The notes beneath the pieces are model-generated. The model ran no database searches, was not told where the DNA came from, and worked only from the letters and a program-made list of their open reading frames with translations. Both the position numbers and the translations under genes were made by a program. 64,000 nucleotides of DNA from Camelus dromedarius (taxonomy: Eukaryota), in NCBI RefSeq assembly GCF_036321535.1, contig NC_087437.1, positions 28,336,001-28,400,000 of the forward strand, written 5' to 3'. This document shows positions 37,758 through 49,318 of this stretch, in pieces. Within the stretch, counting starts at the first letter, position 1. Every line of letters starts with the position of its first letter.

Positions 37758-39849
37758 CTGCCCCCAAATAGAGCATGAAACTCACTTATATAAAAGAACA
37801 TAGAATATTAATGAGTTAAGGTAAAAATTATTTAAGGTGTTGGTTCCCTTTGTGCCAGGGAAGACTGTGTTGTCTAGGAAAACATCCGCCAATGACACTA
37901 ACCTCCTTCCTTAGTGATTACCCATTAAGTGGAAAGGAAGAATGAGCAAAAAGAACAGTGAGAATAAAATGCAGAATTTGTCAACTCAAAAGTCTACAGG
38001 ACCAGGGCACATAATGTAAATTATGTGACTTGCAAAGCCATCCTGAGTGTGAAGCAGAGAGTGCTATTCCCCCTACCCCCAGGGACTTTACTGCCCTGGT
38101 CCTACCAGGCACCACCTGCTCAGCCAGCTGGCCCCCACCAGCACATCACTCCTCCAACCCTCCTGGGGCAGCCACCTGCCTCTTTCAACCAAGTTTGAGC
38201 ACTACTGTACTAAATGATTGCTAAAGTTTCCTTCAGTTCCACCACCCTTTGATAATAAGATTATCAACCCAGTATTTTTAGTGAGGGGAGAAAGTCTTGT
38301 TTTAATCAAAATGCTCTATCTTGGAGTTTTGATGCATAAGGATAACTTATAAATGGTAAAAATATTTATGTAGTGGGAATTTGGAAATTGTTATATGCAA
38401 ATTTTTTCCTATGCAAAGTACTATTCAAGGTTTATTGGCACACAAACTCAGAGCCTGTAAGTTAGGTGGCTGCCAGAACCTAACTGGTAATAATGTGCAC
38501 CTTATATATTTTGTATAACACCACCATATATATACACCCACCAACTAGTCAAGGAACATAGCAGGTGCTCAATTAATGTTTAATGAATGAATGGTGCAGA
38601 GATTCCTATATGAATGCAATCAAACTTTTGCACAGTGAGAGTACCAAAAAAATTCTAAATCCTTTGATTGTGACAGTGCCTGATATAGCAGCACTCATTT
38701 CATTTTGTGCTTTTGATGTAGTTTATGGTTCATTATGCAGTGGCTTGATTGTTCCTTTTACAATAAGTTACTAGGATTCTTATCTGAAAATACTAAAAAA
38801 AAAAAAAAAAAACTACATTTTTAAATCTTAAAACTTGAAAAGCTTCATAAGCCAGGAAAGCATACTCAGTAATTGTAAAAGGTGTCTCTTTAATGGTCCA
38901 CAGTTAACAAATATCACAGAGGATTAATGGTGTATATGGGAGAGTCGTAAGCATTATTACATCTTTTTAAAAATAAATATTCCTTATGAGTCACACTAAT
39001 AATAATCAAATCACTAATATCTTAGGATTAATGAGTTTATTAGATGCTTTATTCTAAGAGGAGAGAGAAAATGGACAAAGTAGGTTATTCTGCAAATGTA
39101 AATTTTGGAAGAAACTGAAAAAAAGTGCAGATGTGTGTAAGTTAGGGAGGGGTCGCAGACAACTTCTAGTTTTCCTGGGGTTTGTTCTGAATACGTGCAT
39201 AGAAGGAATCAGGATTAAAAAAGAAATTAGAGGTGTGCGAGTAATAAAGTAGGACAAAATATGGTCAGATTCTTGCCTTCTTTGGACAATCATCACAAGT
39301 AATATTGCCATTAGTGTTTTTAATAATACCACCAGGAGAGTGATTGATTGACTTTTAAACTTAAGGTTATTTCTAAGATGGTTGGATGTTACATTAGATG
39401 TAATTACATCTGGTATTTTATGTTTCATTTTAATACAGTGAGAATAACTCTGGGGCAGTGGAGAAAAGTATAACTTTAGATAAAGAGTACAAATAAATGA
39501 TAAGTAAAAAATTCTCATTTTGTTCTTTCTTGAATATTACTATGTTTTGAAAGTTTTGAAACCTGGATATTGATGATACGATTTTCTAGGTTTGTGGAGT
39601 TAGAAAATTTTTTTTAAAGTTCAAAAAATATTAGAGCTGACAAAGATTTTAGAAGTAATTAGTCCACATCCCAGCTTTTTTTTTACAAGTGATATTGGCA
39701 TGGTTAGTTCATGGCAGAAACCAGTGTAGAGGTCAGTACCCCCAGGCCCCTCATCCAGGGCCCTTTCCACTCCATCTGACACCTCAGCCACAATTAGCAC
39801 TCCAAGCCGTCTCATCAGAGACTGAGATGGCAAGACTCAATATACTTAT

Positions 39850-40075
39850 GTGGACGATGATACTGTAGTTTGGATACCGGGCAACATGTAAATTTCTGAT
39901 CTTCTGAGCTCTTTTTCTTTACATCACATGATCTTTTCAAATTCTCATGCTGAACTGTCTCCTATCTTAAATGCACTGCTCAGCTCACAGCTGCCTGTCT
40001 CTTTAGAAAACGTGCCCTACCCTGTCTCTACCAAGAAGTAAGCATCTCCCACCAAGTCTGAGCCAGATAGAAATA
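39850..40075 (-). pseudogene. Candidate degenerate exon with a mutated splice donor
   Basis: Strong acceptor ttcttctatctttatgtag. Reads FLSGSDLVGDAYFLVETG*GTFSKETGSCELSSAFKI-(1-nt shift)-ETVQHENLKRSCDVKKKSSEDQKFTCCPVSKLQYHRP and ends at C|ataagt instead of gtaagt. Confidence 0.4.
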
Positions 40076-41529
40076 CTACATAAAGATAGAAGAAATGACA
40101 TATATCAGTGATATACATTCTAAAATGAATATTTTTCTTAAAAGTTTTGTGTTTCTTTTAATTTTTTTAAATAATAAATTCTATAAAATATTTTTAAAAG
40201 TCTTCCTTAACTACCTTAAACTTATGATTAATTTATGGTTGTTTCAAAATAATATTTTATCAAAGATATATGTTGAGCCACTTAAAATCCCTAGAATATG
40301 GATAATTTCAGACATTATTTTATTCATCCAATTAAAGTATTTTGAGGACCACCTATATGGAAAGAATCAACTTTCTCTTTTTCTTTAAACACACCTGGTT
40401 GCTGGGGTCCTATTGATAACTTCTGTTTAGTCCATGGCTAGTGAACTACCAGTCTTTTTTCTTAATGTTGTCAGGGCCCTATGACTCTCCCTTGCCTGTC
40501 TTCCCCGCTCCTCATCATAATAGACCCTCCAAGTGCTGCCACCTCCATACCCAACCCATAGTCTATCTATTCACTGTGATGATACAATCCTACCTCAGCT
40601 CTCACCAGTGTCCTCTTGGCCAGTATCTCAACACCCCAAGGAGAATACATGAAACAAGATTTGTGTCTGCCACTTGTCATTGAGAAAAGGTTGGCAACTA
40701 TAACTCAAGATATTTCTGCTCAACTACATCACAGCCCCCACAGTATAAACAGCACCAAAGTGGACCAAGGTATCATTTGGTGACCTGTAGCCTCTCTCAT
40801 AAGGAAACCCTGGGAATTGGGCCACAGTCCTTTATCCTGTGAGATCTTTCCAATTATCCATACATTTTAATCCTTTCATCAAATTATTATCCCCAATTAT
40901 GGGGCCCAGAGAGTGTCTGGACCCTGGGTCCTCCTCTTCATTTCTCTCTCTGACTCTTTCATGCCCCCTAGAAGTTCTGTTAGTTGTCCTTCCTGCTGGG
41001 TAGATTTTCACATCCTCCCTTTACTTTTCTTCAACATCATGCCACATCCTCAATAAGGAACAGATGAGGAGGGAAAGGTGGAAGAGGAGAGGATTTACAG
41101 AATACAATATCTCAGTGAGAGCCCTTGAACATGAATGTGATACTAAAGAAGCATAGCACCACCCCACATACGCAAGAAAGACTCTTCTGATGGGAAAGCT
41201 AAAAATCACAGTAAACGACGAATGATCCATAGCTCCTCTTCCTCCCACTTTCTGCCATCACCCACATCCCCCATAATCTCCAATAAATATATTTGGCTAT
41301 GTGCAGTGTAAATATTTTTCTCAACTTTAGACTAAGCACCCTCCATTTTGTTCACTTTGAATGTCAGACTAAAAAGAAGTATGCCAATAACTAAAGTCAA
41401 TGGTAAGGAGTTATGACCTGCCTGCTGTAAATCTGCAAGAGGCCAATGGAATTCTTCAGTTACCTGGAGCTGATCTGAATCGTAACACTGACTCCATCTC
41501 CTTCCCTGTCTCTATACTCTTCTCCATTC

Positions 41530-42870
41530 TCAAACAGCAGTTTTCAGCAATTTGCTTATGTTATGTGTTGGGATAGTTTTCATTGTGTTTATTTTGCTTG
41601 GGATTGTGAGATTCATTAATTTGAAGTTTTATAGTTTTCAACAAATTTGGGAACTTCGTCTTGTATTTATCTCCCCTGCTCTACCTCCTTTTATTCTGGA
41701 TCTTCTGTAAATCAGACTGCTTTATATTTCCCCTCAGATCTCTGAAGCTTTGTTTATATTTTTTAGTGTTTGATCTCTCTGTATTTCATGTTGGGTACCT
41801 CTTTTTTGCTATGTCTTTACAGTTACTGATTTTTTTTCTTCTGAAATGAATATACTGCTGTTAATTTTATGTAGTAAATTTCTTATTTCAGATATTTTAA
41901 CTTTCATCTCTAGAAGTTCCATTTTTTCTCTTTCATATACTTTATTTTTATCCTTTTTATGTTCATGATTTACTTTATATTCTTTAGCATATGGGACAAA
42001 TTTATATTGATATCTTAAAGTCCTTGTTATCAATTTTATCATCTCTTTCATTTCTGGGATTGTTTCCACTAACTGATTTTTCTTTCAGTTAGGTGTTAAA
42101 TTTCCATCCTTTTTCATATATAGTAATTTTTTATCAGTTGCCAAGCATTGCGAAGTTTAGGTTGCTGAGTGCTGGATTTTGCTATATTCCTTTAAAGATC
42201 ATTAGATTGGTTGCACATTTTAGAACTTCGATCTTTGGAGGCTCTTTTTTAAGGAAAGGCTAGAATAAAATTTTCTCTAAGCTACTTTAGCCCCATTTTT
42301 AAGATACAGTTTCTTTTCTGGACTCTACTGAATATTTTGTATATTCAACTGGGCATCTCTACCCTGGCTGATGGGAACTCAGATAACTCCCAGTTTGGGG
42401 AATTGCTCATCTTACAGCTCTGATATAATTTTTCTTTCCCTGGAAGATGTCCCTAGTCTGGACTCAGGAGGCTTCACATTACTCATGTGTATTTGGTATT
42501 CAGCCAAAGACTCATAGGGAACCCTAGTCAGATTTTTGGAGTTCTTTCTCTATACACATCCTTTATCACAGACATTTTGTTCTGCAAATTCTAACTGCTG
42601 CAGCCTTCTCAAATTGGGATAACTGTGCCCCAATTCAATGAGATTTCCAAGCTCATTTTTATTTTCCCATTCCTATACTGCAGCCTAGAAATTACCTCCA
42701 AGCAACAATCTCAACTCATTTTTTTCTCTTCTCAGGGACCATTAGCTACACTGCCTATGGTCCAGTTTCTGAAAATAGATGTATTCTATATTTTGCCCAG
42801 TTTTCTAGTTGTTTATGGGTGAAGGATAATTCTGGACTCTGTGACTCCCTCATGGCCAGAAGCAGAAATA
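41530..42870 (-). mobile_element. Old L1M 5' region/ORF1 remnant
   Basis: Minus ORF 41809..42069 contains KMELLEMKVKISEIRNLLHKINS, similar to the L1 ORF1 coiled coil. The plus strand is T-rich. Confidence 0.75.
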
Positions 42871-43036
42871 TCCTGCTTTTCAAGCATCACTTCCTTTTAG
42901 GCTTGTGATTTTACTTAAGTTTGTTTTTTGTTTGTTTGTTTGTTTGTTTGTTCTTAACACACAAGATCCCCTCTCACACTGTGATTATATGCATACAAAA
43001 TAAAATGTCCCTGCGTAAGTGATTGTATTCTCTTAC

Positions 43037-43220
43037 GTTGTTGCTCTTCTTTCTTCTCAAGAGATTCTAAAATAGTTTTTGATCTAGATTTTTGAGTAAA
43101 TATACACAACTGCTTTTGGACAAGAGACATTTGTACTGTTGATGGAGTCTCAGGTGTAGATGTATGAAAAGATATAATTGAATTCTGTTCCCTCTCAGCT
43201 TCAATTATCACTGGTGGTAC
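43037..43220 (-). pseudogene. Best-preserved candidate exon (184 nt, phase 0 to 1)
   Basis: ttgcaactccag|VPPVIIEAEREQNSIISFHTSTPETPSTVQMSLVQKQLCIFTQKSRSKTILESLEKKEEQQ|gtaaga. 61 stop-free codons between canonical splice sites. Confidence 0.45.
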
Positions 43221-44242
43221 CTGGAGTTGCAAGCCACCATAAGAATGAATTTTAAACATCAGTGAAAATAAAAGTTACATAGATTTTTATCATAATTAAT
43301 TAACTATAAAATAACAGAAGAAATTTTCCCTTTGTGGTTCACTTTTGTTTCCTATTCTAGGTGTTATACGCACCCCTCGTTTTCAGTGAAACTCAAGATG
43401 AAGCGACAGGAAGTTTTCATATGAAAATTTTTTGAAACTTGGTTTTAATTGTTAACTGTGAAATTAGGTAATTACTATTCATTCCAAATCTAGAAAAGGA
43501 ATTAGCTGCAGATCAAGTTAGGCAGAAATTGTCATAATTTTTACCCTAAAAGATGTGAAATATAGATGTTACCAAAATTGTTCTCAATATAATCATCATC
43601 ACGAAGCGTTAGTGAACATATAACTTAATAACTTTATTCTGATTGAATAAAAAATTTACAGGTTTTATGGGATGCAAATGATGCAAAGATTATATTGTAT
43701 CAGTGTTTTCATATTGTTATTCATATCTCTATAATATAATTCAACTGAAAATATGATTTTAGGTGCATAATTAAGATGTACTATGGGCCCTAAAGGAAGA
43801 ATAATACTCAATTGATTTTTGGTATTGACATGAATCTTTATTCAAGGGCATTCATAGTTTAATAATAATGTTGGGTAGTATAAATCTTGCAAGTATGTAG
43901 GATCACATTTTTTGAAAAAATACTCATTCAGGCATAAAAGTCATCCTAACTAAAATTACTAATTTATTCAGGTAAACCACAAAGACCTTTATGCAAGATA
44001 CTTGAGCATAATAGTCTAGACCTTTTTTAAACTTCAAATATTCAGCAGCATAAACAGTGGTAAGTTTGCCTTAGATGATTTGGAAAATTGCCTGAGAAGA
44101 GTCAGGGTGCTGCAGATTATTCAATCCAACTTAAGCCTATAAATTGGAGAGCTGTAAAGCACGATGCACATGGGTACCAATGTGTCCTCATCTCCCTTTT
44201 AGTTACAGAATTTCATTGTAACAATATCCCTTTCAAATGTAC

Positions 44243-44330
44243 CTATTGTTATGGATGGTAGTTCATTGATTCAGTCACATTTCTGGTCTTTTGTAGTACT
44301 GTTCAAGATCGTATTGTTTTCTTGACCAAG
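44243..44330 (-). pseudogene. Candidate degenerate exon (88 nt)
   Basis: Acceptor catctgttttattttag and donor AG|gtacat. Phase-0 reading is LGQENNTILNSTTKDQKCD*INELPSITI. It needs an indel to match the next exon's phase. Confidence 0.3.
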
Positions 44331-45191
44331 CTAAAATAAAACAGATGCAAGTAAATCAGACAAAGATGTGAATTTGGCATATGAGTAGACAGAGGGTAGA
44401 ATTAATATTTCTTCCTTGTTTAGTTGAGCAGTACTAAACATTCTGTTATGGTGAACAAGCAGTAATGCTTTAGTAGTAAAAACTGCTAAGTTTTGCCAAT
44501 TCTGAAATTTGTAATAAATTAAGCATTAAAAAAAAGTAGAAGAATGGGCAGAAACATGATGCAAAATTTGGGAAATCTACTGAAAAATAGGAAGACCTAA
44601 CTGATCTCAAAGTGTTAAGAGCTAATGTTCATGTTAATTTTAAAAACAATCATTTATTATATGGAAACCCTACCTCTGTAGACTTGAGCATCACCTTAGT
44701 TACCAGAATAGCTCATTTATTGAATTACTCATTCAATAATACATATTGAATATGTGTGTGTGTTTATATATATAACTGTACTTAATGTTGTGTTAAGTGA
44801 TGTGGGGGATGCACATTACATGTGGTCAAAATATAGCCATCTTGATACTCACCGTGAAGTGAGAGTCAGATGCTATCAGTACACAACAAAGCAGAATTCA
44901 TTTTTAACTCTCAGTAAAATTACATTTGTGTTTTACAAGAAAAAAGAATCACTTCAAAATGTACCATGACCAATGTTTATAAAATTAATTTATCCATAAA
45001 TGTTGATGCTATCAAGGGAAACTCAACCAAGTTTTAGACAAACAAAGACAAAATGGCCATTTGATGCTTAGGTCCATGGTCTGTGATGTTCTTGCCTGGC
45101 AAGAAAATCCAGATATAATGTGATGGTATACTGGAAAGGCACTCAGATTAGTTATTAGGAATCCATAAAAGGTTAAATAGGAAGCAAATAC

Positions 45192-45281
45192 CATTCGTAG
45201 AATAAAACTCTTTATAAATATTCTGGACAAATCTTTTAATATTGATATTCTGTCGAAAACTTTACCGGAGTATATCATATC
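45192..45281 (-). pseudogene. Candidate exon (90 nt)
   Basis: tag|DMIYSGKVFDRISILKDLSRIFIKSFILRM|gtattt, stop-free in phase 0. An L1 tail sits where the pyrimidine tract should be. Confidence 0.3.
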
Positions 45282-45304
45282 CTATTGTATCAATTTTGCT
45301 TTTA

Positions 45305-45478
45305 TTCTTTTTTTAAAATTAATAGACTTTTTTTAGAGCAGTTTCAGCTTCACGGCAGAAATGAGCAGAAAATACAGAGAATTCACACATAGCACTCCCC
45401 ACCCACACATATATACTCCCCTACCCTCAGCATCCCTCATCAGTGTGGCATATTTGGTACAATTGATGAACCAAATGA
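45305..45478 (-). mobile_element. L1MC-type 3' end
   Basis: ttaatagacttttttt agagcagtttcagcttcacggcagaaatgagcagaaaatacagagaattc...catatttggtacaattgatgaaccaa. Confidence 0.8.
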
Positions 45479-46262
45479 TGAACTCACTTCACGGTGAGTA
45501 TCAAGATGGCTATATTTTGACCACATGTAATGTGCAATGGAGAGGAAAAATTCTGAACTTTAGATAAATTTTCTTCATTTTTTTGTCTTTAACACAGTTT
45601 TAAACAGAAAATTATGATAGATTTAGATGTATAATAATTTAATAGATTACTCCAATATAAATAAACCATTAAAGGAAAGACAAGATGTCAAAAATTATTC
45701 ATAAAAATAGATTAATATTTGAAATATAGTCAGGGAATCATTTAAGAAGGATTTATTTGTCTACATTTTTCTTTCTAACTGAAGAATAAACTTCATTCTT
45801 TGCATGTCACCATGGAGAAAGAATATGATTCATCAACAATTCAGAACATTTTATTTAGGCTCTCTGTAGAACAGTTTTGAAATTTTCAAGTAAAACGGCT
45901 AAAACTTTTAGAGTATACTTTACCATATTTCTAGACTTCAATATTGCTACCTAATTATAAGTGTAACTTAACAAGATACAATCTTTAATCAATGCTCACC
46001 AGCTAGGAATTTTAATCTTTCCAGTTTACTACCTGCTTAAAGAACCAGGAGATTTAGTCTGCTGAGTGAAAAATTAAAATTGCTTCCTTAAGAACTAATA
46101 GTAGGCAATAAAGTTCAGTACTTGAATGATATACCATATGCACAAATGTTTTATAGTTTTTTAAAAGTTATCCACAATACTTGACGGAGAATCACCAGTG
46201 AATTTCTGTTTTTCTCAAAAAAATGTACTCTGGATATGAAATAAATAGAATTCCTTATATGC

Positions 46263-46450
46263 ACCTTTATCTCAAATTTTGTTCCCAAATTGAAAAGAAA
46301 TGTGTCGTGTTCTAAGTGTTACTTCTACTGCTTCTGAACTTTGATCTCGCAGTCTTCCTCAATACTATACTCACTGCATATGACTTTTGGATTTTCACTA
46401 TATGTCTCCCTAAAACCTTCATTTGCCCAACTAACTTCCTTAAGTATTAT
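46263..46450 (-). repeat. Copy 1 of a local duplication (partner at 48460-48663), exon-like
   Basis: Hand alignment gives about 80-85% identity with one 17-nt and one 1-nt indel. Minus reading: IILKEVSWANEGFRETYSENPKVICSEYSIEEDCEIKVQKQ*K*HLEHDTFLFNLGTKFEIK|gt. Confidence 0.85.
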
Positions 46451-46459
46451 CAGTTTTTC

Positions 46460-46660
46460 GTTTGTAACTAAAAAAGCTATCCGTAGGGGAATATTTTAAA
46501 ACTGTGAATATTCTGTTCTCTAATAAATGTTCACCAATTGACTTTCTCTGATATTCTCTTAAGTTTCATGTTACATTGCAGATTGCATAATGGTAATTTG
46601 CTAATTCTGTTATTTCTTCTGCATTCGTTGCTGACATTTGTATGGAAGACGGTTCCTCTT
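46460..46660 (-). mobile_element. L1MC4-like 3' fragment abutting duplication copy 1
   Basis: ttgcataatggtaatttgctaattctgttatttcttctgcattcgttgctgacattt resembles the L1 segment at 62320-62400. Confidence 0.5.
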
Positions 46661-47240
46661 TTTCAGGCCTCCTTATTTCCTTACCCCTTCCCACCATCGT
46701 AAGGGGTCACCTGATCACAATCATCTCTTTGGCCAGAGAGCTCTGTCTCACACATACTCCTCACCTTCAGCATGGCAAATGCTCTAGTCCTCCTCCATGC
46801 ACTGACATCTGCCATCCTGACCATCCCAGATATGCCTTGGGATCTACTCAGTCCCAATTTATCTCATGGTTTTAAAAGGCTGAGGAATGATTAAACAAGG
46901 TATCCAGAAGAAGGAAGAACTTAGGTTATGAGTTTAGATTCAACAAGATTAAAGTTCAATGGCAACAAAATTTAGGTCTCAGGATTAAGGCTGAGGGATA
47001 TGTTATTTATTTATTTACTTAAAAATTTAGTGGATAATTTCAAGAACAATAGAAGCAGAAAGAATAGCAGAACAAACCCTTAAATACCTGTCATGCCATT
47101 TCAACAACTCTTAATATTTTGTCAATTTTATTGCATCTTTTCCTCACTCTATTTTTATGTTGGATTATTTCAGTGCAAATCCTATGCCTCATGCCACTCC
47201 ACCTTTCATATGTCAGTGTATATCAGTAACTGATAGGGTT

Positions 47241-47822
47241 TGTGGTAGGCAGAATTCTAAGATGGTGCCAACATCTCCTCCCAGTTACTCAATCGAACAC
47301 TAAACTAGGCACTGCTTGAAAGGATTTTGCAAAAGTAATTAAGTTTCTAAATTAGTGAACCTTAAAATAGTAAGAAATTTTTCTAAGTGGGCCTGGCCTA
47401 ACACATGAGCCCTTTAAACCTAAGTCTAGAAGTCAGAGACAGGGAAAATCAGAGATTCAACACATGAGAGGGAACTGACATGCAAAATGTCCTCCATTAC
47501 TAGCTTGAAGACAGAGGGGGCCAGGTGGCAAAGAATGTGGTCTCTAGAAGCAGAGAAAAGCCTCTGGTCAACAGCAGGCAAGAAAATGGGGACCCCAGTC
47601 CTAAAGCCACCAGGAACTGAATTCTGTCCACAATTATTTGACCTTGGATCCAGATGAGAATAGCAACCCTGAATGTCGCCTTGATTTCAGCAGTTCGGGA
47701 GTCTCAAAAAACCCAGCCATGCTGTACAAGACTTCTGATCCACAGAAGCTGTAAGATAGTAAATGTGTATTGTTTCAAGCTGTTACGTTTGTGACATTCT
47801 GTTACAAAGCCACAGATAACTT
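47241..47822 (+). mobile_element. MaLR solo LTR (MLT1E/F type) nested in an old L1 3' fragment (about 47005-47870)
   Basis: tgtggtaggcagaattctaagatgg...ggaactgaattctgtcc...gacttctgatccacagaagctgtaagatagtaaatgtgtattgtttcaagc...tgttacaaagccacagataact. Confidence 0.88.
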
Positions 47823-48461
47823 ATCTTTTTTTCTAAATATAACCACCATACTATTATCAGACCTAACAATCACTGCTTCCTGTGTATGATGTATGAGAGG
47901 TCTTAAAGGAGCTGGTAGTCTTGGCTGACATGTTAAATAGGCTTTTATGAACCAGTCAGGAAAGTTAACAACAGAGTATAACCTTATAACTATGGGGGAG
48001 CAAATCAAACAACTAAGATACAAATTAACTTTTGGATCACATCCCAGTAAAACTTGGAGTCTGTATTTCTCAAGCTAATCAGTTAAAGAGTTATAATCAA
48101 ATGACTGTGGAGACCAAATTACTTAAAACATGTTAAATCACGTCCTAGTTAACCTCCCCTCTTTGATGAGTCTCTGCAATTTTAAATAATTCCAATGAGT
48201 CATGTTTCTAAAAGTTTTTTGTGTGTATCATGTACATTACATGAGTTATGTCTCTCAAAGGTGCTTTTCCCTTTCCATTCTCTTGTAGAATATCATCAAC
48301 GCTTTTTCAAACACTCCTTGTACTTCAAGGTTTGGTCTTTAAATGAGCTATATAAAGAAAAAGTACCTAACAAAGAGACATCCAGGTGTTAGGTGGTTTT
48401 TTTTTTTTTTTATTCTGATAGTACTTACACGGTTGTCCATCATATTATTTTCTGACCTTAC

Positions 48462-48787
48462 CTTTATTTCAGATTTTCTTTCCAAATTAAAAAGAAATTT
48501 GTCATGTTCTAAATACTACTTCTGCTGCTTCTGACATAAAATCCTTTGCGAACTTCAATCTCATGATTGTCCTCAGTACAATACTCACTGGCTATTTCTT
48601 TGGGATTTTGACCATGTAGCTCCTTAAAATCTTCATTTGCCCACTAACTTCCTTAAGTATTATAGCTCCATCTTTAAAGACTTCTTCCAGATCTTATCTC
48701 TTTTTAGTAGTCTTACCAGGTTTTGTGGAAAGAAATTACTGGTGCATCTCACTCATCTTTAGCATAAGAACCACCAATGATTAATTC
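48462..48787 (-). pseudogene. Candidate degenerate exon containing copy 2 of the duplication
   Basis: ttcag|ELIIGGSYAKDE*DAPVISFH..PGKTTKKR*DLEEVFKDGAIILKEVS..ANEDFKELHGQNPKEIASEYCTEDNHEIEVRKGF..QKQQK*YLEHDKFLFNLERKSEIK|gtaagg. Several frameshifts are required. Confidence 0.4.
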
Positions 48788-49257
48788 CTGAAGTCACATA
48801 ATTACCTAATCAGACAAGCTGATTCCCAAACCTGTGTCTTTCAAGTTGAAGCCTATTCTGGTTTGTAGCAAATATTCCATGTGTCTTTGTTAACAACAAC
48901 AGAAGCTATGGCAGTTGAACTTGCTTTGAATCTAAAGCCAACAGCACAGAAAACACAAGCATCGCTTGTTCTTAAAAGATTTCAATCAGTGGTTCTAAAT
49001 ATGTGAGACATATTTTTTCATGAAAGGTCTCCAAATCATACATCCATAGTATTTCAGTAGCCTGGATATATATATGTTCTGTAAGAACATGTGCTACTAC
49101 TGTTCAAAGGTATGTAGGTGATTGTGTGAATAAGGATTGTTACTGAAATTTATGGTAGCTTTGTCCCTAAGTATTTTCCCAGTCCATGAATAATAAATAT
49201 AGAAAGATAGTTCCACAGAAGTCTGCTATATTTTTGTGTAATTCACTTCTGAAAATA

Positions 49258-49318
49258 TTATATATACACATATATATACACACATATATATATGAATATA
49301 TACACATATATATATATG
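49258..49318. repeat. (TA)/(CA) compound microsatellite
   Basis: Seen directly. Confidence 0.9.

Noticed and set aside
39054..39518. 154-aa minus-strand ORF
   Set aside because: I/L/S/F-rich composition typical of random AT-rich DNA, with no splice boundaries fitting it.
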